Shown: positions 39,970-55,145, counted from the stretch's first letter. The stretch is 64,000 bases of DNA from Octopus sinensis (GCF_006345805.1 NC_042999.1:126170001-126234000), one strand, 5' to 3'. Translations and numbers: made by a program. Notes: generated by a model from the letters alone, not told the origin.

Positions 39970-40175
39970 ATATAGATATATGTGTATGTATGTATATATA
40001 ATATATGTATATGTATGTGTATGTACATATATATGCATATATATACCTGTATGTATATATATATGCATACATCCATATATATATATGCATGTATTTGTAT
40101 ACGTACATATATGTACATGCATATACACGTGTATGTATATTTATGTATATGTATATATATGTATGTATATATATA

Positions 40176-40225
<50 letters not shown>

Positions 40226-40307
40226 TTTTGGTCTGGCACCAGATTTCTTGAGTGATACATGGACTGAAGGAGTACGCAACGAACTCCTTGACAAGAGATT
40301 ACACACA

Positions 40308-40343
<36 letters not shown>

Positions 40344-40984
40344 CACAAAGTTATGTACGTTTGTGAGTGTCTGCGTATTTGTGCGCGCGCGTGTATAGGA
40401 TTAAACAACCGTTGGCAAAATTCACAACGTAGGTGATTGCATAGCTTACTGAAAACCAAAAAGCAAAACATAACAAACAACACACGAAGAACTAAAAATA
40501 TTAATATGCACTCAGCAACAATAAAAAAAGCTAGACGCTTATCAGAGAGAGAGTTAAATTCTATGAATTTCACCGCCATCTCATCAACATTTCTGTATAA
40601 CGAAACCGTATCAAGAAAAGATGAAGGTTATTATATTTAAATCTGACACAGGAATTACCGCACTCAAAGTTACACACTGAGTGACCCTGAAGGTAAAGTT
40701 CTAAATGTCTAAGTTATACTCAGCCATGTATATAGGTTGGTACTCCTATCATTTAAACAACTGAAACCTTCATTTCTTCAAATTAGCACGGTCTAATTTA
40801 TTTGAAATGTTAATGCAGTTGTCTTTTTTCTGAAAGCATTAATGAAAAATTTGGAGAATTATAATTCTGACTGGAAGTCGAGGTTGTGTTTCTGACATGA
40901 GTCAGCAACATTGTTACTTCTAAAATTCTTATATTGTCCCCAAAATATTAAGAGATAAATAGACCGTATTGAACCAATATATTG

Positions 40985-41121
40985 ATTTCAAATTTTTGCA
41001 CATGGCTGGCAATTTCGGGGGAATAGGTGAGTCAAATTACATCGATTCCAGAACTCAATTGGTACTTATTTTATCGACCCCGAAAGGATAAAGGGTAAAG
41101 TAGACCTCGGCAGAATTTGAA
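40985..41121 (-). mobile_element. Family A SINE 3' part
   Basis: ggtacttattttatcgaccccgaaaggat...gacctcggcagaatttgaa. Confidence 0.7.
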
Positions 41122-43528
41122 AATTGAGTCAATATATTACTCCTACATCTTATTCAAATGAAATGAAAAAGGGCATCGAGAGGATTTTAATTTAAAATCG
41201 TAACGAAATACTGCTAAATATTTTGTCCAACATCCTCGGAGGACCTACGAAGTTGATGGGTACAACGTCTTCTTCAAGACTTATGGCGGATTTGCTCTCA
41301 TTTCTGAAAAGATAAAAACAAGCAAAAATCGCAAATGATAATAAACGTCCAGTATATTTGCAACTATAAATTGTTCTTCTTTAGAACTGTTTGGCATACA
41401 GAGTCAGTGAGGTTGTAGACTGTGGAAGCTGTAGACCACTGATTGTAGGATACGAAGTGCCCACCCTTCAGTTTGTAGGATGAGATCTCCTTCGATTCAA
41501 CTCGACAGACACGATGTCTTTTTTTTTCTTTTTGATCGATCGATGAAATGCCCTATATTTTACAAGTTTATTCAGACATCCGGACCAATGATTGCTTAAT
41601 TCAAGCAATCATTATTCCGTCATAAGAGCATATTTTGTATAGCCACATAATTTTTTCTATTACAGCCGAGAGTATAATACTCGTAGAAATGGGCATGAAA
41701 CATTTGTTGCTTAGATTTTTTTTACTTTATTCTACCATTTTTATGAGAACGTTAAATAATGGTAGGTGAGATTCAGAATTATGCAGCACTAAGTCATCTT
41801 TTGGGTATAAAGAACTTAACATTTTGCTTGCATGTTTAGTGTTCGTTATTTAAATCTGATTATGATTTAACCAGCGTCCCAACCTCACCCAAACGAAAAC
41901 ATTTTTTTTTTAAATTTCATAATAGCTGAAAATAATCGCAATATGTAAGAGAAGTAGAAAAAAATTATTAAAGGATTCTCTAACTATACCGATAACATGA
42001 ATATCTAAGTTTCTGTAATCTTTTCTTTTAGTTTCACCTCTGCCGTCATCACCTCTGTTAATCTTAACGTTGTTGTCATCGCCTCTCTCTATCTCGACTC
42101 TGCTGCTAATTGTTTGAGCTATTCTCGTTTTAACTGTAAGCAATGTTGCTATTTTCATCCCTACTGTCATTAATATTGCTATTCTTATCATTTCTCCCAT
42201 CAATGTTGCTATTAACAACCGTATAGTCATTGAACTTGTCATCGCCTCTGTTTATTTTGACATTTATTAATTATCTTTGGTTACTGTCGTATGAACTGTC
42301 ATCAATATTGCTATTTATAACCACATATTATCCCTTTTACCATTGGTATTGCTGTTCTCACTGTTGCTCTTAATAATATTATTGTCATCGAACTTGCTAT
42401 TCTTGGTACTGATGTTATCAATCTCGCCAATTTTTTCTCTCAGTTGTAACTAACCCAAAAGTGTCAGAATTCATTTCTTCTCACGGTACACAAACGTACC
42501 TTATTTTATACTGTTATTAACTGTTTGTTTTTACGACGCAGATCTTCACTAGTTTTCTCAGACTTAGGTTTGTAAATTTGTGATCACTTAACCTTCAGTC
42601 AATCACTATATCATGTCAATAACATTCTATTTAGATTACGTTTAATTTCAAACACCGTATCAAACACAGTTAGAAATGAAACGCACCTCTCCGGCTCAGT
42701 CTTCCCTTATTATCAAAAGATAATATGCTATGACCTCAGCTATCACTAAAGCACTTGGATGTCATATTTAGCCATCAACTAATAACCAGTTTTCATTAAC
42801 AATTTACACACAAAGAAAACAGATTAAATACATTAGAATTAATCGTAAAATGTTAGGTTTTGTAAGAAGCACTCAAACACAGTTGGTCCTACACACCATT
42901 AAGTAACTTCCATATAATAACGACAAGCTTCCATCATCAACACCACCACCACCACAACCACCAACATTCTCATCATCAATTACAAGAATAATAAACAACA
43001 GCAAAAAAAAAAGAGCACAAATAACTACCGAGTACAGTCTGTGCAGATCTTATCTCCTTTTCGTTTTAGGTACTGCACGCTTAGATGAACCAGAAGAGTG
43101 CGAACTCCAGCTGTGAGTTTCATTTATATATGGTTGGGTCGAGTAATTTTTATACTAACTGACTCCTATAAACATAAAGAATGATAACATCTGGATTATT
43201 ACTTCGATTAGTCTCTCATTTCTTCAATGGGAACTTCCTCCGCCTACTTCTTTAGAATAACTTCTTTCAAACTGTGTACGACAGGAAAACCTTGTAGGCG
43301 CGCACGCACGCACATACCAACACACATACGCACATGCACACACACATACACTCACACACACACGCACACGAACACACACAGAGACTCATACACAACAGTC
43401 ATTTACTTAGTCAAACTTGGACCTATGTTTATGTATTGTACATATGCTTATGCATAAATATTTCTTTGCGTATATCTATTTCTGTGTTTATGTTCGTTGT
43501 ACATACACACACGCACACAAACACTGAT

Positions 43529-43573
<45 letters not shown>

Positions 43574-44229
43574 ACACACACACACGATACAATTACTAAC
43601 AGTACGCTTTGATTAATCTATAATATCATGAGTCTAAAGATATCACGCTGTTCATGCATTACATAGACATTGTTTATTAGCAAAATGTTCTTACTTTCGT
43701 TCACAGGGTCCTGTGTTCAAATACAATAGTATTAAAACTTCATGTTTTATACTTCTAGGCCCAGTAAAATAAATATAAAATCATTCTTGGGCTTCATCGA
43801 GTCAGCGAGGGAGCCTATATGTCGCTCGACCAGTTAAAACACCAGCGTCACCTCCCTCAAATGACAGCCCACCATCTGAAAGTGACGGAACACGTTTGGT
43901 ACACAGTTCCCAAGAGAATGACGAGCATGACATGATAGAATACCTTTGACTGTAGGACTTCTCAACTGGAGTGGGTGAGTGTACTTGACTTATTCGACAA
44001 AAAAATTATAATTGATTTCTGTTCACAAAACTTCTAGATTATTATTGAGGCAGAATGTGATGTGGTGTTAGTGATGAGTCCCTTCCTTAAGGGTTATAAT
44101 TGCAAGCATGACTATGCGCATTGCAACCCTGAGTTTTTTTTTTTTGTTGTTGTTTTTATCGTTCAATCCCATTGCATAGCACAACGAGCAACTGTCTTCT
44201 AACATAGACCCTCTTTAACCAATATCTGA

Positions 44230-44530
44230 CGATGGTTGTCGCTCGTAATCCTAGAAAGACGGTTCTGCAATTTTTTGCTGAACGACATGCAGGAATGATT
44301 TTTTGATAGTGATCGAATGTATGTGCTGTCCATTAGCTCGTTTCCTCCATCAAATTGACGTTACCTGAACAGGTGCACGGTGTGCCACGCGTCAGGTGTC
44401 GAAATGATCGCAGAGTAACATGGGATGAAGTGTTTTGCTCAAGAACACAACACACCACCCGGGCCAAGAATTGAAAGCACCTTCTCACGATCGTAAGTGT
44501 AACATTCTAACCACTAGGCCATGTGCCCCC
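44230..44530 (-). mobile_element. Family C SINE
   Basis: Colinear with 13215-13517. Confidence 0.75.
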
Positions 44531-44859
44531 AGACAATTATCTAGTGAGTAGAATTTGGTAGACCCCATCCCCTTCTAAACCAATCTTGTTAACTACACTC
44601 TGTGATATATCGCATGAGGTGGAAGTTCTTACGGATATAGATCTGGCAGCAGTCGTACAACATTGCACTTTCTTGATAATACTACAGGCGATAATGAAGC
44701 ATCTTTTCATGTAGATGTTATTAAAACATTAACGATTGCAAAGAGTGGGAGAAATGGATTTCTAGGATGATTTAGTACGAGAAAGAATATGAAATCACTC
44801 TACATTTGTGGAAAGCATTTATCCTCAGCCATCTGGATTATTTCTCACAATTAAGTTCA

Positions 44860-45700
44860 CCAATCAGTATTAAACAGTTTTAAAACTAACAGCAAAATAG
44901 GTACAATTCAATGATGCTACACAAAGAAATTAGCTTCAGTACAACAAAAAGGATAGTAAAGTATGCTGTGATACATAAATGGAGGATCATAGAAAAAGCT
45001 AGCACCCTGAAAAGCAGCGCAGAGTCCCGAAGGTTCCACTTTTCCCATTAAAAGTCTGGATATCTTAGGGTTTAACAGCTCATGATTTTTCAATATCTTT
45101 TCACGAGACTTAAAGAATATATACAAGAGTGGATGGAAATTCATTTCAGGAATGTGTGAATACTTTATTATCTGACATCTCACCCAAACGACTGTCTCGG
45201 CAAGAAACGCAATTGAGGGTGCAGCATGAAACACCCTCATTTGCTAAAAGATGGTTATAGTTAGAGGACTGTAAAAGCAGTAACAATTGCAAAGGTGGTG
45301 TCCGGCAAGATTATAATAATCGGGCCTGCGATTGTATATAACATTAGATGGATAACGGTTCATTCACTACAGCTGTTTCCAACAAGTTTTTTTATGGATG
45401 AATAGAGATGAATTTGCTCTCGTCCCTTTCTGTCACCGTAATGTTTTTCTTATATTAACTACTAACTTGAGCAAGCGAATTTATACTTTTGACTATTACT
45501 GGGCAGGCAATCATGAAGTGGCACAGATTTGAAAGGTTTAGAATGTTTTCTTTTTACTTAATGTATAATTAATGAATATTCTCCCGATGAAGACGTTTTA
45601 GTTTTGGCATGATGTAATATCTCTATTCATCAATAAAAATCTCGTTGGAAACAGCCATAGTGAATGAACCATTATCCATCTGTTGTTATTCATTTGTTAT
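44860..45700 (+). mobile_element. Highly decayed PLE 3' end (GIY-YIG C-terminus + pLTR)
   Basis: VIHKWRIIEKAST resembles VIKWKTIEKS at 59745; degenerate hammerhead at 45578-45665. Confidence 0.4.
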
Positions 45701-45982
45701 TCACCACACTCGGAACCTGCTATTGGCGTGGCTGGGGAGTCTATTAAGTGCAGTACAAGCGGTGCAGTGTGTGTTCCTAAATACAACCTTGAGGCTCATA
45801 ATACAAAGTCAGGTTTTAGTTAAATGTATATACAACTGGAATTATTATCTGTCTGTACTTCGCTGTGTAGGTATTTGTTTGTTCCTATGATTTCGTAATA
45901 TTCAGGATACACTTTGTTTGACCAAACCCAGTACTTTACTCTTTACCACTTAAGTATCTGATTCACTTGAACCCTGAACTCT

Positions 45983-46057
<75 letters not shown>

Positions 46058-46147
46058 CATATATATATGATAGATAGATACATACATACATACATACATA
46101 CATACATACATACAAACATATATATATATATATACACACACATATGT

Positions 46148-46179
<32 letters not shown>

Positions 46180-46349
46180 CATAAAATATGTATGTATATA
46201 TATATATTTACCTGCTCCATTATCTCAATTTGGATATGTATATATATATGAATATATATATCTGTGTGTGTGTGTGTGTGTGTGGTGTGTGTGTGTATCG
46301 GATGAATGTAAGTTCGTCCTTTAATAAGAATTTTTTCCTTAGATTTTAA

Positions 46350-47700
46350 TGTCTTTTCTTCATACTTTACTTTCGAATTTTGTTTTGTAAAAAGTTGTAT
46401 AAGTACGAAAGCTTGTATATAAATAATTAGTATATGACATAAGTTATTAAACAAAGTTCAACAAATTTATTCATATTAATGAAATGAAGGAGATTGGATG
46501 TTAAAATGGATTTTAGATTTTATTTTCATATTCCTATACAATTATTTTTTATAAACGGATGAAGATTTTCATAAACAGAACATCGTAATGGTCAAATTTG
46601 TTTTCTTCAGTAGGTGATATTTAAAGGACAATAAGCATGAACAAAAAGACGTTTAAAATATAGATTTTTTCTTAGTTATTATTGGGGGGGGGATATATTC
46701 TTTCATCCAGTCACGCTTATTTGCATCTAGACTAAAAAAAATAATAGGACTTGGGTCCTATATCTGGTATTTAATTTGATTTCCTGTCTATGAAATCCTA
46801 TTTATATCTCTATTTAAAACTCCTTGAAAAAATTTTTACTGATCAAGATGCATTTGTATATATGTTCGGAATTACCAAATAAGGAACTATAATTCATTTT
46901 AAATTCATATTTAATATTTCTTGAACGTCATCTCTCAGTTCTACTAAGTTTTTAAGTAAATAAGTAGTTGGTACTAGGATGTGAGAATGATTGACAGTTT
47001 GTATAGTTTTTTTTATTAAAGCATTTTTTATAAATAATAGCTCAATAATTAATAGACAAAAACAGGTGTTATATGTGGTGGTTATTTATCTAAACACAGA
47101 TTGATAAATTCAAAATGAACTTTACGAAATATGTACAATATGAATAAAAATGTATAAAAAGGAACTACTTACGTGATTGTCTTAATATATAATAAATAAA
47201 AAAATATATAATCAGATATTGAGGTATTTTGTATATAAGAAAAGTTTCTTATAATAAATGTTATTGTGTAGATATAAGGCGAAAATAATTTTTATATAGA
47301 GGAAATTTAAAAAATGATGTGAATTTATGAGTATTGTAGGGGAGACAACAATTGAAATACCTGGATATTCTATAAATAACATATACTTACACAGACGTGC
47401 ATAGATTTTCATATACATACGTAAATACTCGTGCACAAACCCATAATAACGTTAGTTAAATTAATTTCAATCGTATTTTATTTTGGAGAAATAAGGCTTG
47501 AACTTTCATTATAGTAGTATCTCTGGAAAACCGGTGGAATTATTATTTATATGGACTTAAAGACTAGTCGCAATTTAGCATATAATTTTTCTTATTGCAG
47601 TTTACTATTAATGCCGATGCAGTTTATTAATAATACCGAATACATTGGTTTACATGTCTCTTTGTTGTAGCTTTATTACAGTTAGTGTTTAATCCAGCCT
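46350..47700 (-). mobile_element. Highly decayed Penelope-type RT remnant
   Basis: Colinear relics YPGISIVVS (like PGRPIVS), INSHHFLNFL, LYTK(I)P (like LYTNIP), ERIYPPPIITK (like RGYP). Confidence 0.4.
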
Positions 47701-48148
47701 ATATATTGATTGATTGAAGTAATGTGGTCATTAAGCTTTTATAGTATACTACAGAAGACGATCGGGTTTATAATTTTTGTATGACTTAACAGAGTTGCCG
47801 CTGTTTAGTTACATATTTAGGAGGGGTTGTAATCTACTTATTGAATTAATCTATCGATACGGTCGAACATAGGATAAATGTGTTTGAAAGTTGTGGTTTC
47901 TTTGGTTTGTTTTAGTGCGGTTGATACCGCCGGATTGAATGGTACTGCCCAGGTGTCGAAACCATAATGATATCCTTGGGGCAGCTGATGATGGAGGTAT
48001 GTTGGATTGTTGGTATGGCTGTGGAATAGTATTATAACTCATTCTATTATTACACACACACAGATGGACATGCATACATACATACATTAAAACAGAAAAG
48101 CCGCGAGATTCATATCTCAAAAGATACACACAACACACACACACACAC

Positions 48149-48212
<64 letters not shown>

Positions 48213-48244
48213 CTTCTGTTCTTTCAACATGTGATCTCTTGAGC

Positions 48245-48435
48245 ACCACCCGCAAAAATATTTTTTTCCTCTGTCTTCCCTTCTCGGGATCTTTCCTTCT
48301 CCTTTGTTTCCGACGAAGAGCTCCGCTCGAAACGTTAAACCCTCCTTCCCTTCTTTCCTGAGCGTCAAATAATACTTTAATTGTTCCACGTCCTCGCGTT
48401 GCTGTGTTTTTTTCCTGTGTTTTCTTGTTTGGATA

Positions 48436-48437
<2 letters not shown>
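48245..48437 (+). mobile_element. Short pLTR-like element with minimal hammerhead variant (48306-48340)
   Basis: GUUU-CCGACGA-A-GAGC-UCC-GCUC-GAAAC-GUU-AAAC; lies between (CA)n and (TA)n. Confidence 0.55.
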
Positions 48438-48533
<96 letters not shown>

Positions 48534-48801
48534 TACACATTCTACATACACATCCAAAAATGGATATATAGATATCGAAGTTAGATATTTACTGATAGGG
48601 CATTTACTTCTTGAATATTCCATGATATAAATAAATTCAATAAAATTCAATAAAAATTTACAAGAGAATATTACTATTCTTTCCTATGGATGTACAAAGA
48701 CAAAAATTTATAAATGCAAATGTATAAATAGTAAAAAAAAACGTACTGTAAAGTATACCCATACCCGCTTATACATTCGTATATATTCACTTATACACAC
48801 A

Positions 48802-48837
<36 letters not shown>

Positions 48838-48867
48838 CATACATACATACATACATACATACATACA

Positions 48868-48899
<32 letters not shown>

Positions 48900-49202
48900 C
48901 ATGTACACACATATATACATATATACATATATACATGTACGCACATATACACACATAGGTATATTACATGGAAAAATACGAGCATGAAAATTAATATTCT
49001 AAATAAGCAAATACATATGGTAAAAGATTTTCTCACACCTACATATTTGCCCGATAGGACATGTTTAAATCCTTCTAATTATAAATTATAAATTGTGTAT
49101 GTGCTACCTTGATTTACACACTCTCCGAGAATAAGCCCATTTATTCTTGTGTGTGTTTAGGCGCATATCCTGGCAATGGATAGGTGTAATTTACATACAT
49201 AC

Positions 49203-49323
<121 letters not shown>

Positions 49324-49340
49324 ATATATATATATATATA

Positions 49341-49393
<53 letters not shown>

Positions 49394-49849
49394 ACACACA
49401 CACACACACGCACACATATATAGAGATACAAATCTCTTGTTTCCCAAATCCAGGGTGTTAAGATCGTCTACATGTACAATCAGAAAAACATACTTTCAGA
49501 AATAGATCTGATCGAATATGTAAATCTATAGGTATTTTCATATTTAAACATGAATATCAAATATATAAGTATTTCATACTTAAACATGGATATATATACA
49601 TATATATATATTTAATCTAATGGGTCCAAATAAGCTATTATAGTCATTTTGCTTGGTTATAAAACAATTAGTTAATTTTGGCTACTGCGGTATTATAGAT
49701 TTATGTTAGAATTCTTCAATTGTATAGATCAATTTAGTTATTAATATATAATGTGATGCTATGTCTTAGTTTACATAATGGTTATATTTTTAAAAAGTTG
49801 ATGATGTTTAGGTAGCATTGAGTCACATCAATAAATCACTTTAGTTTAA

Positions 49850-50640
49850 TAAACAGGTACCTTCTTATGTGACTGCATGAAAAAACTTTTTTATTCTTCA
49901 TATTAACCAGGTTCCCTTTTCTTTTCATTATTTTATAGTTTTCCTCTAGGCATAATTTACAGGATTTAATGTTAATGTTGTAACAAGGTGCATGTGCTAA
50001 AATGTTCCATTTGATTATGAAGTTGTTTTTTTTCTTTCAGATGCCATATTTACTTTGAAAGTCCTGTACTATTCATTTTGTTTTGGCCTCTGAATGTTGA
50101 ATGATGGTTCGCGATTTTTAATTTAATCACATTCTGCGTCGATCCGATATAATATCCTTTGCTTTTTCGTCTGCAATCCCTGTCTAACTTGCATGTATTT
50201 GGGTTTCTATAATTACAATTTATATTTTGTCTAGATAATGAAATATTCTTCTTCTTCTTCTTTGTTGATTTATATAAGCTATTGTGAGTAGAGGTATTTA
50301 TATTGTCAAAGGTGATATTTATACTATTATGTTCTACTTTTCTTTTGTGTATCAATTGTGATTTTTTAAATATTTTCATAGAATAAATCGAATTTTCTAT
50401 TATTAAAGGAAGATATTATCCTAAAGAGGTTGGGAGAAACAGAAAATCCAAATCTTATATGTTTGTTATTAAATATTTTTCCGTATCTAGTGTTTTTACA
50501 GTTTTTTTTTATAATCATTCAAATAGATTTAATAAAATTTGTCTTTAATTGTTTAGCGAAAAGTATTTTGATCCATGTAGTTTTATCTGAGTCTATCTTA
50601 CTCATACTTTGATTTTTAGTCACAATATCATTTGAAACGC
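49850..50640 (-). mobile_element. Decayed Naiad-type PLE GIY-YIG region
   Basis: NCNYRNPNTCKLDRDC, YYIGSTQN...RIANHHSTF, STGLSK; downstream CKLCLEE. Confidence 0.75.
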
Positions 50641-50676
50641 AAAGTGTCGATTCTCCTTTCTTCCTTTCTGTCTTTC

Positions 50677-50711
<35 letters not shown>

Positions 50712-50859
50712 CGCTCTCGCTCTCTCTCCCTCTATTTTTCTCTAATTATGGGTGTACATTTTATGGAGTGTTAAAACTCTTGCACATTCAATCTCTCTGT
50801 TATCTTCCAAATTAGCATCCTCACTCTTTGCCTCTCTCTCTCCCTCTCTCTCTCACTCA

Positions 50860-50894
<35 letters not shown>

Positions 50895-51889
50895 GCTTGA
50901 GTGGAATATTGAAATAGAGAATGAGAGAAACAATCAAGATTAAATCCTTATTGGCGACCAAAGCAGTATTAGTGCAAAGCATAATTTGTGTATTATACTT
51001 ACAGCGTACATGTCATTGAAAGCCTGAGAAACTGCGGTATTTGTCGCGAGAAAGAATTTCTTATAGAAGTATTCTGTTAATATAGCAGTAGCAGATGAAA
51101 ACCGTAGCGGTGGTGACGTTTCTAAAAGGATTTTATGCTTTTTTGAGCCTTATTAGTAGCAAGTAACCCCTAGCAATAACATGCCAAAATAAATTTAACC
51201 TCTCCTGGTATAGAGAGATATTTAGATAGAATCAAGAGACGAGTGGTGGTGAGCGATGGCGATGATAGTGGTGATATCTTTGTGGGACATTAAATTTTGG
51301 TTTTTCTTCTCTTCAGTCTGACTTTAACTTTTATCTCTCTTACTCTCTCTCTATCTCTATCTCTCCCACTCTCTCTCTATCTCTCCCTCTCTCTATCTAT
51401 CTATCTCTCCCCCTCTCTCTCTCTCCCTCTCTCTCTCCCTCTCTCCCCCCCTCTCTCTCTATCTATCTATCTTTCTATCTCTCTCTCCGCACACACACAC
51501 ACACACACGCACACAGTGGAATAGAGATAGATAGGTAAGACACACATCTTGAGATATTTAGGAAAAAGACATGAATAGAGTAATGCATCCATATTAGTAG
51601 CAATATTCTTTCGAACATTCTGTCTTTGCTAGCTGCTTCTCTCTCTCTCTCTCTTTGTCTGTCTGTCTCTCTCTCTCTTCTCTTCTCTTCTCTCTCTCTC
51701 TCTTTCTCTCTGGCATAATAGAGAAAAATAGAACTTGAGACACACATACACACACGCACACACATATATGTGTAATTATGTATGTATGTATGTATGTATG
51801 TATGTATGTATGTATGTATGTATGTATGTACGTATGTATGTATGTATGTGCGTATATATATAAGAAAGCGAACAGAGAGGATAGTGCTT

Positions 51890-52128
51890 GCGATGATACC
51901 TCTGGTTTCCAAACTGAATCATACGTTAATACATTATTGGACTTTAAAGCACAAAATGCTTTGCGGTATTTCGTCTCTCTTTACGTTCTGAGTTCATATG
52001 ATGTCTAGGTGGACTTTGCCTTTCATCTTTTCGAGGTCGATGAAATAAATGCCAGTTGAGCACTGTGACTGATGTAATCGATTTACCTCTCCTCCAAAAT
52101 TGCTGGCATTGTGCTAAAATTTGAAACC
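51890..52128 (+). mobile_element. Diverged family A SINE
   Basis: aaatgctttgcggtatttcgtc...gactttgcctttcatcttttcgaggtcgatg. Confidence 0.7.
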
Positions 52129-52556
52129 GTCACCATACACACCATGTATGCATGTGTGTGTGCGAAAAACTGCTTTTAAATTTAAAAATTTGAAAAAAAG
52201 ACTATTTCAAATTTGACCAGATTAACAAATATGGAAGATACGAAGTAGATGTTTATGTAAGCGGTATATAGTTACATGGATAACATCTAAACATGTAACT
52301 ATATACCCCTAACATGTGTTTAAATAGCTGATTATAGCTGCAAGTGCTTACACACAAAAATTCTCTTCACGCCATCCAAAAGGTGCATGTTAAATTTTTC
52401 ATGAGATTTTTATTTTATATAAAATTCAAAATGTCGAAGCTAAGCTACTTTAATACATGCATACATTCATACATTCATACATGCATACATACATACATAC
52501 ATACATACATACATACATACATACATACATACATACATACATACATACATGCATAC

Positions 52557-52595
<39 letters not shown>

Positions 52596-53183
52596 TGTGT
52601 GTGTGTGTGAACACTGAGTAGACGCTTTGGGGGTAAAGTAAACTTCTCTGTAATAACAAAAATCTGTTTTCTCTTAAAAGTATCTCCTCTATATCAGCAA
52701 AATTATTTTCATTCTGAAAATAGTAATCAATATAAGCCCTCAGCAAAAAAATATAGGCAACACGAAACACAAATACTTACGTCACTTTTCTTAGAGATGA
52801 CATTTTTATTTAAAATTAATCCCGCCACATTGGCAAAAAATTACATGAAAGAAATATTTCAAAATTTGGTAAGCTGATAACAGCAAACACCGGTTAGTCA
52901 AATGTGGTTTCCCTTTTTCTGTAAAACGTCTTAGGATAAAATATGCAGTAATAAATACAGAATCAGTAAAAGTGTTTTGCTATTGTAATTTTCTAATATG
53001 AAAACAATTCTTAAGCTGGAACACATTTTGCATCCTTAATTTCGTATATGTGTGTGTGATTATTATATGTGTAAAACAGAAATATTTTCACACCGTTGTT
53101 ATAAATGAAACTTGTTACTCAAATATATATATTATATATATATATAATATATATATATATATTATATATATATATATTATATA

Positions 53184-53254
<71 letters not shown>

Positions 53255-53935
53255 TATAAACAAAATGGGACTAGAACTCAAAACATCTAGACAGTCAGAT
53301 GATACAAAAAAGGGACAACAAAACAGACAGACGATACAAACAAAAACAAGGACAGGCCATTCGGAGTTTTCTTTCCTCAGTCGAGTTCCAGATTATCTTT
53401 GCAATTTCGGCTTGTTATACTCGAGATTGCTCCAATCTGGCCAGCCCCAAGGAAAAACTAAGCTAAGAGCATTAGACCCCTTGGAAGAAAGCAGCGAATG
53501 TATACGAAAGCAAGGTCGGAAAAAAAACGGAGAATGTTACACAAATACAAATAACAGGACATAACAAGTGTCTTTCGACTAAGGACGAATTACATTAAGC
53601 TGGCTTGTGTGGAAATAAGGCTTTACGGCAGGGATACAAGATTTCACAGGCACAGGGAGGAATATAGATGTTGTACGGACGGCAGCCAAACGAAGAAAGA
53701 AGGGCCAGACTTGGCCGGTCACGTGGGAAGAGAAGAGAGAGAGGTAGAGGCAGAGGAACACCAGAATTAAGGAGAAGTGACAAAAAGTGACAGGGACACA
53801 TGGAAGTGAAAAGAGGAGAGAAAGTGAGCATGAAGAGAAGGCAAGGAAATGTGAGAGAGGGGGGAACGAAAGATCAAAGAGTGGAATGAACGAAGTAAGC
53901 GTGAAAGAGCTGATATATATATATATATATAATAT

Positions 53936-54475
53936 ATATGTGACAATTATTCGGTTGCCATAGTAAATCTCCGAGCTTTGGATGTCGGGGCGGAAACCTG
54001 CACCGGCATCTCTTCAGTTATCGAGGCAATTAAAATATTCTATGAAAATGACCGTTAAACAAAGGGAAATTATTATGTAATTGACTGTTATTAAGACAAA
54101 AGAGCTATTAGAATGACCGTTAAATAAGGGAAAAAACAGAAGGGGAGGAAGTAAAATGTAAAGGAGTACACTTTTACTTTTTACTTCCTCCTCTTCGTTT
54201 TTTTCCCTTATTTAACGGTCATTCTAATAGCTTTTTTGTCTTAATAACAGTCAATTACATAGTAATTTCCTTTCGTTTGACGGTCATTTTCATAGAATAT
54301 TTTAAGTGTCTCGATAACTGAAGAGATGCTGGTGCAAGTTGCCGCCCCGACAACCGAAACTCGGAGATTTATTATGGCATCTGAATTATTGTCACATATT
54401 ATATTGCAAAGAAATTCCTCTATTCACATATCAAGGTCTCTTTCATTCTTTTGTTGTCTTACCATTACTATTAAT
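53936..54475. mobile_element. Fold-back PLE-like derivative in (TA)n
   Basis: About 220-bp imperfect inverted arms 53936-54156 and 54178-54399, then a unique tail; degenerate CUGAAGA...GAAAC motif at 54318-54375. Confidence 0.7.
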
Positions 54476-54679
54476 ATATATATGTGTGTGTGTGTATTTT
54501 AATAAAGATGTATTATTACCGTTATTAATGATATTAATAAGGTAATAAGGTAGCTAGAAAGTGTATACCGTTACAGACAAAAAAATACACCTTTACAGGT
54601 ACAATATAAGCTAAATTTAGATTCAGTAGGGCATTTAATACCGCTTGCTAAAATCAGAGCCAACTGAATCTAAATTTAG

Positions 54680-54824
54680 CTTATATATGTGTGTGTGTGT
54701 GTGTGTGCGTGTGTATATATATATATACACGTATATACACATACACATACATATAATATATATATGTATACGTATATATATATATAATATATATATATTA
54801 TATATATATATATATATGTATACG

Positions 54825-54860
<36 letters not shown>

Positions 54861-54949
54861 AACACATACATAGTTATATATATGTATATATATATATATA
54901 ATATATATATATATATATAATATATATATATATACACGTATATACACAT

Positions 54950-54983
<34 letters not shown>

Positions 54984-54984
54984 C

Positions 54985-55056
<72 letters not shown>

Positions 55057-55145
55057 CATACATAGGTATGTCTATACATATACAAATATACACATATATA
55101 TGTATATATATATATGTATATATATATAAACACATACATATTATA

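Noticed and set aside
47851-48050. FRHLGSTIQSGG resembling a LINE RT motif
   Set aside because: A single short motif with no supporting neighbours
53120-53260. Phase shifts (TT/AA) in (TA)n arrays as a possible code
   Set aside because: Most simply slippage or sequencing/consensus error
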